From assembly GCA_965216325.1 (NCBI GenBank), contig OZ244160.1:2752001-2816000 (forward strand): a stretch of DNA of 64,000 nucleotides. Reading direction: 5' to 3'. The number at the start of each line of letters is the position of its first letter. Position 1 is the stretch's first letter. This stretch comes from Coraliomargarita sp. GTDB lineage: Bacteria > Verrucomicrobiota > Verrucomicrobiia > Opitutales > Coraliomargaritaceae. Position numbers and translations under genes: made by a program. Below the pieces are notes generated by a model that saw only the letters and a list, made by a program, of their open reading frames with translations, had not been told where the DNA came from and ran no database searches. Of this stretch, positions 1 to 12,834 are shown piece after piece.

Positions 1-1197
<1,197 letters not shown>

Positions 1198-1392
1198 ATG
1201 GGTGCTTTCAGAGGTAAAAATGCTGAACCATATGCGTGGTGACTTGAGGGGAAAGCAAAACTGGCAGCAGGAGTGATTTTTCTGTCAAAAAGTGAATAAT
1301 TAGTGAAATGCGTTGTCAGCGCTTGCTGACGTAAGTATCTGCGGTTCTATTTCAGGTCCCTAATTTCAGATTAACTAACCGATACCTCGCGA

Positions 1393-3186
1393 ATGAAGAT
1401 ATACGCTAAGCTCCTGCTGCTTCAGGCTGTTTTGATTGTCTTGTTTTGTGCTCTGGCAGTCTATGTTGGCAAGCGCGGAGAACGTGAAGTGCTGCAAGCT
1501 AAGGAGGAGCTGACTCAGCGTGAAGGGGAGGTGTTCGACCAGATCATGCGCTTGGAGAATGCCAGTCTCCAAACCTTTGCCTTGGACTATTCATGGTGGC
1601 AGGACCTGATCGATTGGATTGAGGAACCGAATCGGGGGATGGAGTTTATCTTAGATCAGTTTGAAGCGGCTCCTGCAACCTATGGGGTTGAAATGATTGC
1701 AGTCTATGACGCGATGGGGTTTCGGCTGACTGATATTTTAGATGCTGAGTTGGCATCTTTGCCGGAGAATAATGCTTTGCCTAAGCTATTGGGGCGGGAG
1801 ATTCGTATGCGTGCTCAGGATGCATTGTTTGAGCACGGCTTTGTGAAGACAGCTTCGGGGGTTTTAGAACTCTACATTGTTCCAGTGCAGCCACAAGAGG
1901 ATCGAGATCGAACTGGTCAACATTTTGGATATCTTGCAGCAGGGCGCTATTGGCGGGAGTCGTTGCTGACTGAGCTGGAAAGCCTTACGGGTGCATCGAT
2001 TGAGATGGTCGAGGCCTCGGTTTTGCCAACAGGTGTGAGCAAGGAGAATTGGACGGGAGAGATTTATTTCAGTCGCGCGTTGAATACGATGGATGGTGAG
2101 TCTTTGTATTACTTAGACATTACCAAACCCTTACCTGTTGCTGACCGTATCCTTAATAAGCAGGTCGAAGCTTTTTGGATAATTCTCAATGCGGCGGGCA
2201 TTGCGATTTTGTTGTTGATTGGGTTTGTGCTGCATGCGGTGTCCCGGCCGCTGAAGTTGCTGTCGGATTCCTTGGAGACGGGACGGTCTGAACGCGTTGA
2301 AGAGTTGTTGTCGACGACTTCTGAATTTAAGCACCTTGCTGAGCTGGTGATTGAAAACCAAGATCAGAAGAAGCGCTTACGTAAGGAGATCACCAGTCAC
2401 GAGCGAACTGAAGATGAGCTCAAGCGCTCGCGCGACTTAGCGGAGAGTGCGAACCGTGCGAAGGCTCGTTTTTTGACGAATATGAGTCATGAAACGCGCA
2501 CGCCTTTGCACCGCATTTCGGGATACGCCTCATTGATGGATGGCACTGAGTTGTCGGATGAGCAGCGGGATTCGCTGGCGCACATTCGGGAGGATTGTAA
2601 TCGCTTGGTGTGTATGCTTTCGGACTTGATTGAGCTTTCTGGCGTCGAGTCGGAGGAGCTGCGTTTGGACAAATCCGTGTTCCCGCTGGAGACGTTGACG
2701 GAAGAACTTTCTGCTGCGGCTATCAGTTTGTGTGCTGGGCGTCCGATCCAAGTGTTGACGGATATCTCGAGTAAGTGTCCGAATAGTCTCTACACAGACT
2801 ATGAACGATTGAGACTAGTATTGCTTAAGCTGATCGACAATGCGGCGAAGTTTACTCAAAAGGGCACAGTCATGTTTGCCGTGTATTGTGTGCACGAGAA
2901 TAGGGATTTGGTCTTTGAGGTTCGCGATACCGGGCTGGGGATTCCACGTGAGGCCACTCGGCAGATCTTTGATGCCTTCTATCAGTTGGATGATTCTGAT
3001 TCGCGCAAGCATCAGGGAGGGGGGCTCGGTCTGGCCATAGCTCGCCAGATTACAGACTTGCTGGGCGGTGAAATTGAGGTCGATAGCGTCGAGGGCGAGG
3101 GCTCTATTTTTCGCATCTATCTGTCGCTTAAGTCCGTTGCGGTTGCGGATGGAAAGTCTGCTAGCCGCTTGGCGGGGTCTGCGTAA
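1393..3186 (+). CDS. Membrane sensor histidine kinase with CHASE4-like periplasmic domain
   Basis: Two TM segments, DYSWWQD (CHASE4-like), H-box SHETRTPL, N-box DNAAKFT, G-boxes DTGLGI and GGGLGL. Confidence 0.88.
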   Translation: MKIYAKLLLLQAVLIVLFCALAVYVGKRGEREVLQAKEELTQREGEVFDQIMRLENASLQTFALDYSWWQDLIDWIEEPNRGMEFILDQFEAAPATYGVEMIAVYDAMGFRLTDILDAELASLPENNALPKLLGREIRMRAQDALFEHGFVKTASGVLELYIVPVQPQEDRDRTGQHFGYLAAGRYWRESLLTELESLTGASIEMVEASVLPTGVSKENWTGEIYFSRALNTMDGESLYYLDITKPLPVADRILNKQVEAFWIILNAAGIAILLLIGFVLHAVSRPLKLLSDSLETGRSERVEELLSTTSEFKHLAELVIENQDQKKRLRKEITSHERTEDELKRSRDLAESANRAKARFLTNMSHETRTPLHRISGYASLMDGTELSDEQRDSLAHIREDCNRLVCMLSDLIELSGVESEELRLDKSVFPLETLTEELSAAAISLCAGRPIQVLTDISSKCPNSLYTDYERLRLVLLKLIDNAAKFTQKGTVMFAVYCVHENRDLVFEVRDTGLGIPREATRQIFDAFYQLDDSDSRKHQGGGLGLAIARQITDLLGGEIEVDSVEGEGSIFRIYLSLKSVAVADGKSASRLAGSA

Positions 3187-3272
3187 TACACCAGAATGTA
3201 CGATTCTCGCTAATGGGAATCCTTGACTGTGAGGCGCTTCTGTATCATGCACTGCGGCTCCATTTTTAAGTC

Positions 3273-4547
<1,275 letters not shown>

Positions 4548-4552
4548 CGGCC

Positions 4553-4780
4553 ATGAAGTTTATCCGCATTGCTCATAAGAAACCCGAGTGCATTGGCTGT
4601 ATGCTCTGTGCTGAGGTCGCGCCGAATTATTTTGAGATGGATGAAGGCGGCGAAGCGCAGCTGATTCGCGTGACTCGTGAAGACAGCAGCTTTCAATATG
4701 GCGAGGGCTTCGAAGAGGACCGTCAAATTTTGGAAGAGGCCGAGGAAGGCTGCCCGGTGAACATTATCCGTATTGGCTAA
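4553..4780 (+). CDS. Ferredoxin
   Basis: CIGCMLC and GCPVNII motifs; 75 aa; 5 nt after the U32 gene. Confidence 0.88.
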   Translation: MKFIRIAHKKPECIGCMLCAEVAPNYFEMDEGGEAQLIRVTREDSSFQYGEGFEEDRQILEEAEEGCPVNIIRIG

Positions 4781-4782
4781 GT

Positions 4783-5037
4783 ATGCCGGAAAAGAACATC
4801 TACATCCAAGCCCTAGAAGCGGAACAGTCAGGCGACTGGAAGCACGCGCATGAGTTAGTGCAGGATTTGGTTACCGCGGAGGCTGCGTGGGTGCATGCTT
4901 ATCTGCATCGCGTTGAAGGTGATGAGTGGAATGCCGAATATTGGTATAACCGTGCGGTGCGTCCAGTCTGCAACTCAAGTTTGGCCGCTGAGTGGGACGC
5001 GCTCTATCAGGAACTCAAAGCTATCGGTGACGCCTAG
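4783..5037 (+). CDS. Conserved hypothetical protein
   Basis: AHELVQD...AWVHAYLHRVEGDEWNAEYWY resembles a conserved small helical family; operonic spacing of 2 nt. Confidence 0.75.
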   Translation: MPEKNIYIQALEAEQSGDWKHAHELVQDLVTAEAAWVHAYLHRVEGDEWNAEYWYNRAVRPVCNSSLAAEWDALYQELKAIGDA

Positions 5038-5052
5038 TTTGGGTTCTGGCAT

Positions 5053-5135
5053 CTGGAGGGCAATGCTCTGAGATTGCCGATTCGTATTGTAGGCTCCTCG
5101 CACATTAGTGGCAACGGCGCAGCGTTGCCCTCCAG
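5053..5135. repeat. REPIN-like inverted REP doublet (TGGAG-headed)
   Basis: CTGGAGGGCAATGCTCTGAGATTGCC (5053-5078) and inverted GGCAACGGCGCAGCGTTGCCCTCCAG (5110-5135); a related copy lies at 19131-19155. Confidence 0.7.
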
Positions 5136-5295
5136 TTGATACCGCTTTACAAAAATTCTCAGCCTTTATTGAGAGCTGAGAGTTGTTCTGGCAAGGCGGG
5201 TGCCTCCAGTTGGGGCGAGCCCCTGCTGGAGGCGAGCAACGCAGCCAGCTTAATTCTCCAGCCTCGTCATTCAGATGCGCGCTCTTGAAGCGGTA

Positions 5296-6390
5296 TTACT
5301 CGGAGCCAGCAGGCAGTTTGATCGTAAAGGTCGTGCCCTTGCTGCTGGTTGTGAATGCGATGCTGCCACGATGCGCATCGACAATGGATTGCACGATCGC
5401 TGTGCCTAAGCCTGTCCCGCCGCTCTTGCCATAGGTGACGAAGGGTTCGAAGAACTTGGTCTGAATTTCCTCTGGGATGCCGGGACCGCTGTCGCGCACA
5501 ACGAGGTGCACGCGCTCACCGACTTCTTCTGCTGAGACGATGACTTCCCCGGAAAGCTCGGTCTGGTGAATGGCTTCGATGGCGTTGGAAACCAGGTTCT
5601 GGAGGACGCGCAGTAACTTCGTGGCATTACCGTAAAGTGTCACGTTGTTGTGCTGCATGTCTACCGACACGGACTCATCGTCGAAGAACAGGCCGTTCAA
5701 TTCTTTGAAGGTGTTAAACAACTGCTCGATACGAATGTGCGCGCGCTCGATTTCCTCCTCGCCGCGAGCGAAGGCTGCGAGATCGTTGGCCATGTCGACC
5801 ATACGGCGTGTTTGAGCAGCGATCATCCCGCAGACTTTGACGGTTTGTGGGTTGTCTCCGTGGAGCTGTTTAATGAGATCCGTTCCGAGGCTAATGGTGG
5901 ACACCGGATTTTTGAAGTCGTGTAGCAGGGAGGATACCATGGTGCCGACCAGCGTCAGCTTTTCGGTGCGCATCACATCCTCCATGTAGTGGGACGTCGT
6001 GCTCTTGAGGTGATGGATCACACTTTCGAGCACCTTGCGCACGGGCTCGGCATCTTCGATAATCTTGACGACGGTTGCCTTCGGCACGCAACCGAGCACG
6101 GCGTCCGGACCGGCGATTGCACGCAGCGCACGGCGCTCTTCAGTGAATACGCCAACTTCGCCGAAGAGTGCACCTTCGCGACATTGGCTGACATTCTGTA
6201 GGCTGCCGTCCCGCTTTACCTTGGAAAACACGACACTGCCTTCGAGTAGCACATAGAGTGCGTCTGGATAACTGTTTTCCTCAAAGATGGTTGCGCCTTC
6301 ACGCGGACTGAGAATCTCGATCTCGGCGAGAATACTGTCTCGGCGTTCTGGCGAGATGCTGCGGATAAATGCGTGTTCGCTTAGCTTCAT
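5296..6390 (-). CDS. Cyclic-nucleotide-binding domain histidine kinase (soluble)
   Basis: cNMP domain (IFEE...LYVLLEGSV...FGEVG...RR), H-box LHDFKNP, NLVSNA, DSGPGI, GTGLG. Confidence 0.88.
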   Translation of the reverse strand: MKLSEHAFIRSISPERRDSILAEIEILSPREGATIFEENSYPDALYVLLEGSVVFSKVKRDGSLQNVSQCREGALFGEVGVFTEERRALRAIAGPDAVLGCVPKATVVKIIEDAEPVRKVLESVIHHLKSTTSHYMEDVMRTEKLTLVGTMVSSLLHDFKNPVSTISLGTDLIKQLHGDNPQTVKVCGMIAAQTRRMVDMANDLAAFARGEEEIERAHIRIEQLFNTFKELNGLFFDDESVSVDMQHNNVTLYGNATKLLRVLQNLVSNAIEAIHQTELSGEVIVSAEEVGERVHLVVRDSGPGIPEEIQTKFFEPFVTYGKSGGTGLGTAIVQSIVDAHRGSIAFTTSSKGTTFTIKLPAGSE

Positions 6391-6570
6391 GGGGATTCTT
6401 CAGTTTCCGCGGGGGGCGTCTGTTCTGCGGAATTGCGTAGTGTAAAAATCAATACACTAGAGGCAATTGCTAGCGCGAGTAGCACTAGACCCAGAAAGAT
6501 TCCTTTAGGTTCCAATCGGCTCATGAATAAAATATCCGAGCAGTTGATGGGGAAAATACCCCTTTGGCAA

Positions 6571-7791
6571 TTATGAAAGCCGAGTTCGGTAGTCCTCGTA
6601 GCCGAATTTGCGAATAGTTTGCAATCCAGCTTTTTTGCTGTGTGTGCAAATGGCAGGCAGCGGCACGCCGTTGAAGGTCGTGGTCTTGACCATCGTGTAG
6701 TGTGACATGTCGAGAAAGACGAGTCGCTGTCCGACTTGTAGTGGCTTGGGAAAGGAGTAGTCGCCGACCATATCGCCCGCTAGGCAGGACATGCCGCCGA
6801 TGCGATAGTTATGTGGATGCTCGTTGGCTTCGCCAGCACCGAGAATATTCGGGCGGTAGGGCATCTCCAAGACGTCAGGCATGTGGCAAGTTGCCGACGA
6901 GTCCGTGATCACCAGCTGTTTGCCGCCGGCTTCCAAGATGTCGAGCACGGTTACCACGAGCACACCCGTATGCAGGGCAACGGCTTCGCCCGGCTCGAGA
7001 TAGACCTCCAAATCGTAGCGCTCGCGGAAGCGACGCAGCACTCGGATCAGTCGCTCGATGTCATAGCCGGGGCGGGTGATGTGGTGCCCGCCGCCAAAGT
7101 TTAGCCACTTCAGGCCGCCAATCAAATCGCCGAACTTGTGTTCAAAGGCGTCGGCGGTGTGCTCCAGAGCGTCGGCATCTTGCTCGCAGAGTGCATGAAA
7201 GTGCAGGCCATCGAGCTGGTTGAGCAAATCCTTTGGCAGGTTTTTAAGCGCCGCGTCGAGTGCTGCCCGCGTGGTGCCCAGACGTGAGCAGGGCGAGCAG
7301 GGGTCGTAAAGTTCGGTTTCGACTTCCGAATACTCCGGATTGACCCGCAGGCCGAGTTCAGGACGTGGATGCCCGTCGAGTGCGTTGAGTCCGGCTGCTA
7401 GCTGCTGCGCGGAATTAAACACCAGCGTGTGGGCTAAGCGACTGAGCGTTTGCAGCTCGCTGGCTTTGTAAGCCGGCGAGTAGACGTGGACTTCCTTGCC
7501 GAAGTGTTCGTGAGCGAGGAGTGCCTCGTGAAGGCCACTGGAGGTGGTGCCCGCCAAATACTGGGCAATCAGCGGGAAGGTGCTGTGGCAGGCGAAGCCT
7601 TTGAGTGCCAAAAGTATACGTGAGCCGGACGCTTCGGCCACGGATTGCAGCAGATGGCAGTTTTCCTCCAGCCGGTTGAGTTGAACCACGTAAGCCGGTG
7701 AGGGTGCTTGTTCTGCGGGGATGCTTTGCAGTGCCGCGAGACGTTCGGGAGTGAGCGGAGGTGTCGGATCTTGAGCCATCTGAGATTGCAA
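6571..7791 (-). CDS. nspC: Carboxynorspermidine decarboxylase
   Basis: LLALKGF PLP lysine, YDPCSPCSRLG, GLHFHALCEQ, NFGGGHHITR, EPGEA, HMPDVLEMPY, YTMVKTTTFNG. The start may be the ATG at 7779. Confidence 0.92.
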   Translation of the reverse strand: MQSQMAQDPTPPLTPERLAALQSIPAEQAPSPAYVVQLNRLEENCHLLQSVAEASGSRILLALKGFACHSTFPLIAQYLAGTTSSGLHEALLAHEHFGKEVHVYSPAYKASELQTLSRLAHTLVFNSAQQLAAGLNALDGHPRPELGLRVNPEYSEVETELYDPCSPCSRLGTTRAALDAALKNLPKDLLNQLDGLHFHALCEQDADALEHTADAFEHKFGDLIGGLKWLNFGGGHHITRPGYDIERLIRVLRRFRERYDLEVYLEPGEAVALHTGVLVVTVLDILEAGGKQLVITDSSATCHMPDVLEMPYRPNILGAGEANEHPHNYRIGGMSCLAGDMVGDYSFPKPLQVGQRLVFLDMSHYTMVKTTTFNGVPLPAICTHSKKAGLQTIRKFGYEDYRTRLS

Positions 7792-7842
7792 AATGTGAAG
7801 CTGCAGTCACTGTGCGAGCCGAAAAATACGCGTGGCGAATGC

Positions 7843-7952
7843 CTCTTAATCGTAATCCTACTCTTAATCTTAATCGATTAAGTGCAACTGTCCGACAGCT
7901 GAGATTAGGATTACCCTTTGGTGAACTCAGGGCGGGAGAGTACGATTAAGAG
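7843..7952. repeat. Palindrome built from TAATCN hexamer repeats
   Basis: 12-bp perfect IR CTCTTAATCGTA/TACGATTAAGAG with tandem hexamer arms; a related element lies at 22901-22988. Confidence 0.75.
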
Positions 7953-8062
7953 CAAGAACTGGGGAGGTTTTACCTGAAAATCTCTATTTTGAGTCCTTGA
8001 CAGCGGGGAGGGCAGAGGTTTTTCTCCTCCGCTTTTTCAGAACTTTCCAAGGAGATAATACG

Positions 8063-8197
8063 ATGCAACCAACATTTCGACCTTCCAAACTTCGCCGTGC
8101 TCGCAAATTCGGCTATCGCGCCCGTAAAGCTACAGTAGGTGGCCGCAAGGTTATTGCTGCTCGCCGCGCTAAGGGTCGTCGCCGTCTGGCTGCTTAA
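8063..8197 (+). CDS. rpmH: 50S ribosomal protein L34
   Basis: [50 protein letters not shown] upstream of ATG 8063. Confidence 0.97.
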   Translation: MQPTFRPSKLRRARKFGYRARKATVGGRKVIAARRAKGRRRLAA

Positions 8198-8223
8198 TTG
8201 CTGCCGCGCTTGATTTCGGGGCC

Positions 8224-8570
<347 letters not shown>

Positions 8571-8574
<4 letters not shown>

Positions 8575-8870
8575 GCCAGCAGCCCACAGCATCGATTCCG
8601 GCGCGGCTCGCCGCACTTATTGTGCGTGGCTACCAACTCGTTCTTTCTCCGCTCAAACAACTTTTGTTCGGCACCAGTTGTGGCTGCCGATTTCAACCGA
8701 CTTGCTCCTGCTACACGCGCACGGCGCTCCTTCGATACGGTTTGATCCGTGGTTCGTGGCTCAGCCTCAAGCGTATTTTGCGCTGCCACCCATGGCATCC
8801 GGGAGGATTTGATCCGGTTCCAGACTTGAAAAGCAGTCCGCAAGACGACATGCACCTTCCTTCACTTTAA
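8571..8870 (+). CDS. yidD: Membrane protein insertion efficiency factor
   Basis: CRFQPTCSCY...RILRCHPWHPGGFDPVP. Confidence 0.95.
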
Positions 8871-8876
8871 TTCTAG

Positions 8877-10709
8877 ATGGATAAGAAAAATACGATCCTA
8901 GGTATCATCTGCATCGCAGGCGGCCTCTATTTTATGTTCACACAGCAGTCACAGCTGTCTGAGCAACAACGCCAGCAGGCCCTTGAGCAAGCCAACCAAG
9001 AAGTCGCGGCACTTGAGGCGGGTGAGTCCAGCACCACGCCGGCCGACGCAGCCATTGCTCCTGTCGACGCGACTGCGGAAGGCGATGCGATGCTCGACCT
9101 GATCGCTCAGGATGTCGCGGAAACTCCAGAGATTGTCGAAACTCCAGAGCTTCCGGAGGCGGAAGCCCAGATCGTCACACTGGCCAACGATTTTATCGAA
9201 GTCGATTTCACCACCAGTGGTGGTGCGATTCGCGAAGTGGCATTTTTGCAAACCAAGCGTGGCGAGCGAGACGACTACATTTTCAATGAAGATGGCTTTC
9301 TTCCGGCGCTAAGCCTGAGTATCGCCAAAGCGACCGGTGAGACGATCGAGTTCAACCGCAACTTCGTCGTCGAGTCACAGAGCGATGATGCGATCACTTT
9401 TGCATTCAATGCCGGCAACGGCCTGACGATTCGCCGTAGCTACGAGCTCGCTCCGAGCGGCAGTGACGCGGAGGCATATGTGATCAAGCACACCACCAGC
9501 TTTGCGAATAGCTCCGATGCACCCAAAGCAATTTCCAATGTTTACCTGAACCTGGGCACGTCGCGTCCGATCAATGAAAAGGCGCTGCCAAGCTACCTGA
9601 ACGTCGGTTACTTCAATGGTGACAAGTCCAAGTTCATCGCGATCAACAAGCTCACCGGTAGCGGTGGCTTTCTTGGCATCGGTGCTCGTGAGCCACGCCA
9701 GCGCATTGAGAAAGACAACGTCAACGCGCAGTGGACTTCGGTGAAGAATCAGTTCTTCGCAGCAGTGCTTTCCTCCGATGCCGTTGCCAGTGATGTTTTG
9801 ATCGATCAAGTGCCTACCGCTCCCAAGGGTGATGGCGAAAAAGCACGCGCGGGTATTACCGGTAGTGCTGGCTATGAGTTTGGCACCATTGCCCCAGGCA
9901 CTGCGCAAACGATCGATTTTGAATACTATATTGGTCCTAAGGAGTTCAAACGTCTCAAGGACTTAGGTAATCATCAGGACGAAGTCATGCAATTTGGCTT
10001 CCTCCACTTCATTAGTAAGGCGCTGCTGTCTTTCATGTATTTGATTCACAGCTTTGTGCCGAGCTGGGGCTGGTCCATCATCATCATGACCATCTGCATC
10101 AAGGGTGTGTTCTGGCCGCTCACCGCGCAGGCGAGTAAGTCGCAGAAGCGCATGGCGAAGATCCAGGGCCCGATGGCGGAGCTCAAGGAAAAGTATGCCG
10201 ACAACCCGCAGAAGATGCAACAGGAGACGCTCAAGCTCTTCCGTGAGCACCGTGTGAATCCAGTTGCGGGCTGCTTGCCGCTATTCATTCAGATGCCGAT
10301 TTTCCTCGGCCTGTTCTACATGCTGCGCACTGCATCTGAGTTGCGCCATGAGCCGTTCCTATGGGTTAAGGACCTCTCCATGCCGGACACAATGTTCGAG
10401 ATCGCGGGTTTCCCGGTCAACATTCTGCCGATAATTATGGGTGTCACCATGTTCCTGCAAATGAGCATGATGCCGGTGTCGCCAACCGCAGACCCGGCAC
10501 AGCAGAAGATCTTCAAGTTCCTGCCGTTCGTGTTCCTGATCTTCCTCTACAATTTCTCTTCCGGTCTGGTGCTTTACTGGACGATGCAGAACATCCTCAC
10601 GATCGTTCAGCAGAAGATTACCAATGCGATGCCAGACGAGCCGCTTCAGCCTACTGCCGCAATACCTGCCGCAACTGGCAAGGGCGCCAAGGCGAAGAAA
10701 AAGAAGTAA
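8877..10709 (+). CDS. yidC: Membrane protein insertase YidC
   Basis: MDKK N-terminal TM, periplasmic domain, YIGPKE, WGWSII, VNPVAGCLPLFIQMPIF, WVKDLSMPD, SGLVLYW. Confidence 0.97.
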   Translation: MDKKNTILGIICIAGGLYFMFTQQSQLSEQQRQQALEQANQEVAALEAGESSTTPADAAIAPVDATAEGDAMLDLIAQDVAETPEIVETPELPEAEAQIVTLANDFIEVDFTTSGGAIREVAFLQTKRGERDDYIFNEDGFLPALSLSIAKATGETIEFNRNFVVESQSDDAITFAFNAGNGLTIRRSYELAPSGSDAEAYVIKHTTSFANSSDAPKAISNVYLNLGTSRPINEKALPSYLNVGYFNGDKSKFIAINKLTGSGGFLGIGAREPRQRIEKDNVNAQWTSVKNQFFAAVLSSDAVASDVLIDQVPTAPKGDGEKARAGITGSAGYEFGTIAPGTAQTIDFEYYIGPKEFKRLKDLGNHQDEVMQFGFLHFISKALLSFMYLIHSFVPSWGWSIIIMTICIKGVFWPLTAQASKSQKRMAKIQGPMAELKEKYADNPQKMQQETLKLFREHRVNPVAGCLPLFIQMPIFLGLFYMLRTASELRHEPFLWVKDLSMPDTMFEIAGFPVNILPIIMGVTMFLQMSMMPVSPTADPAQQKIFKFLPFVFLIFLYNFSSGLVLYWTMQNILTIVQQKITNAMPDEPLQPTAAIPAATGKGAKAKKKK

Positions 10710-10731
10710 GCCGGAAGCAGGTTTTAATTAA

Positions 10732-10785
10732 GAAAGCAGGAAATGAGGAACGCACTTCGGTGTCGTCCTTGTTTCCTGCTTTTTT
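10732..10785 (+). terminator. Hairpin/terminator after yidC (repeat family also at 37568-37618)
   Basis: GAAAGCAGGAAA...TTTCCTGCTTTTTT inverted repeat followed by a T-run. Confidence 0.65.
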
Positions 10786-10802
10786 GTGGGTAGGGCGCGC
10801 CT

Positions 10803-10868
10803 TTAGCCGATGCCATAGCCAACAGCTATTGCAAATATGCTGATTATTGCTACGGAGATTTTATTCAT
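10803..10868 (-). pseudogene. Truncated third integron cassette (21-aa stub)
   Basis: ATG overlaps the attC core (GTTCTATG); encodes MNKISVAIISIFAIAVGYGIG*, a signal-peptide-like start with no attC downstream. Confidence 0.55.
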
Positions 10869-10928
10869 AGAACGTAGAGTCGTAGACGCTCGTGTGTGGC
10901 AACACACGAGTTGTCTATCGCGACTGGT
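10867..10928 (-). other. attC site of cassette 2 (completed by 12835-12839 once the intron is removed)
   Basis: Reconstructed minus strand AGCTAAC-CAGTCGCGATAGACAACTCGTGTGTTGCCACACACGAGCGTCTACGACTCTAC-GTTCTAT: 67 bp imperfect palindrome with AAC...GTT cores. Confidence 0.88.
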
Positions 10929-12834
10929 GTGTGCCGAGCATGCGCTCGATGTAAAAGTGGTTAAAGTCCGCTATAGTAAGAACCTAATCATAAAATGAAA
11001 GAACTATTACCAGATGCCAAGGGCGTTGTCGTGAGGCAGGGTCTGAAGGAAGGCTATGGGAAAGCTGCGAGCTGATGAACAAAAACTGCATAGAAGGCCG
11101 ACGTGGTCTGGTGAGCTGGCACCACACAGCGAAACCGCTAGGTTCAGCCACGCAGGTAAATGCAGCAGTTGTGCAGCGGAGCATCGAGTGCTTACCTCGG
11201 GAGGCCTCAGCGAGTGGCATGGGTTGGCTTAAAGGTGTCAATCAAGCCCATGCACCTGAGTCAGTAATGACACAGGCGGCACTGGTTGAGGAGTCAGCAG
11301 CGAGCATAGTAGTCATGGAACCGCGAGCCATGAGTAGGTCGATAGGCCGAAGAGCATGGAGGTCTCGAACGTGATGAAGGCTCAAACCGTATATGGGCAG
11401 TCCGACCCGCAGGCAGGTTCACCTCTCACTGGCACAGACCCGTGTCGAGAGTTGGGCGATGTTTGTGCAGGGAAGCATGGGGCTGCCGAGCAAGAACTAC
11501 TGGAGTTGATGCTGGACCGCGCTAATCTGAACGCAGCTTGGCGGCGTGTGCGCAGCAACGGTGGAGCTTCTGGCATCGACGGTATGTCGATCGAGGACTT
11601 TCTGCCGTTTGCGCGCGAGCACTGGTCGCGGATCGAGACTCAACTGAAAGAGGGAACCTACCAGCCAGCCGCGGTGCGCCGCGTCTGGATACCGAAGGAC
11701 AATGGGGAGAAGCGCCCACTGGGCATCCCCACGGTGTTGGATCGTGTGATCCAGCAAGCCATCGCTCAGGTAATTGCGCCGATCTTTGAGGCACAGTTCA
11801 GTGAGCACAGCTTCGGCTTTCGTCCAGAACGCCGAGCTCATGACGCAGTCAAGTCGATCCAAAGCGCAGCCGCCAAAGGTCACGTGTACGCGGTCGATTG
11901 TGACCTGAAGTCATTCTTCGACACGGTCGATCATCGTGAATTGATGCAGCGTCTAGCGCGCCGGATCAAAGACGGGCGCGTGTTGCGCCTGATCTACCGC
12001 TACCTGAAAGCAGGCATCCGCTTGCCCGATGGCAACACCGAGGCAACCGCCGAGGGGGTGCCACAGGGGGGACCGCTCAGTCCGCTACTGGCCAATATCA
12101 TGCTCGATGACCTCGACCATGAACTCGAACAACGCGGGCACCGTTTCGCACGCTACGCCGACGATTTTGTTATCGTCGTCCAAAGCAAGCGAGCGGCTGA
12201 GCGCGTGATGCACAGCATCAGTGGCTTCATCGAAGCGAAGCTCAAACTGATCGTGAATCGCGAGAAAACGAAGGCGGGTCGGCTGACACAGTGCAGCTTC
12301 CTCGGATTCGTGATCTCGCCCAAGCGTATCCGCTGCTTGGATACCAAACTGCACACGTTCAAGAAGACCATCCGTCAAATCACCTGTCGCAGTTGGGGCA
12401 TCTCCATGGAGGAACGCCTCGAACGTCTACGACTGTATGTGAATGGCTGGCTGGGTTACTTCGCTATCGGTGTGCCGTTCAAGGATATCCGCAGCATGGA
12501 TCAATGGCTACGAAGGCGTGTGCGCTTGTGCTACTGGAAACAGTGGCGTTTACCGCGCACGCGCTACCGCAAGCTACGCGCGCTTGGGATCAACCCGAAG
12601 ACGATTAAGCAGGCTAGTCGTTGTCGAAAAGGCTACTGGCGCTGCAGCAAACTGCGAGTGGTCAGTATCGCGATGAACAACCAATGGCTCGCCGAACAAG
12701 GCTGCCCCTCAATCAAAGAACAGTGGCTCAAACTCTGCTATCCAAACGGATAGCCCTAACGGAACCGCCGTGCTACGGAGCCGTATGGCCGGTGGTGTGG
12801 GGGCGGGAGTCAGTGATGGCTCCCGCTACCCGAT
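10929..12834 (+). mobile_element. Group IIC(-attC) intron
   Basis: 5' GTGTG; IIC-like DI motif (CAAGGGCG...TCTGAAGGAAG); DV AACCGCCG with CGC triad; DVI ending CCCGAT; removal restores TGGT|TAGCT in the attC inverse core. Confidence 0.92.
11356..12753 (+). CDS. ltrA: Group II intron reverse transcriptase/maturase (no endonuclease domain)
   Basis: GASGIDG, RPLGIPTVLDRVIQQA, FGFRP, DLKSFFD, GVPQGGPLSPLLANI, RYADD, FLGF, X domain GWLGYF. The true start may be downstream of 11356. Confidence 0.96.
   Translation: MEVSNVMKAQTVYGQSDPQAGSPLTGTDPCRELGDVCAGKHGAAEQELLELMLDRANLNAAWRRVRSNGGASGIDGMSIEDFLPFAREHWSRIETQLKEGTYQPAAVRRVWIPKDNGEKRPLGIPTVLDRVIQQAIAQVIAPIFEAQFSEHSFGFRPERRAHDAVKSIQSAAAKGHVYAVDCDLKSFFDTVDHRELMQRLARRIKDGRVLRLIYRYLKAGIRLPDGNTEATAEGVPQGGPLSPLLANIMLDDLDHELEQRGHRFARYADDFVIVVQSKRAAERVMHSISGFIEAKLKLIVNREKTKAGRLTQCSFLGFVISPKRIRCLDTKLHTFKKTIRQITCRSWGISMEERLERLRLYVNGWLGYFAIGVPFKDIRSMDQWLRRRVRLCYWKQWRLPRTRYRKLRALGINPKTIKQASRCRKGYWRCSKLRVVSIAMNNQWLAEQGCPSIKEQWLKLCYPNG

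Noticed and set aside
7792..8062. oriC/dnaA next to rpmH
   Set aside because: The divergent gene is nspC and no TTATCCACA boxes were seen; the AT-rich repeats belong to the hexamer hairpin.
10984..11374. Small ORFs upstream of the intron RT
   Set aside because: They lie in ribozyme domains I-III and show no protein features.
11356..12753. RT as a retron, DGR or defence RT
   Set aside because: It has a maturase X domain, flanking DI/DV/DVI intron structure and a clean exon junction, so it is a group II intron protein.
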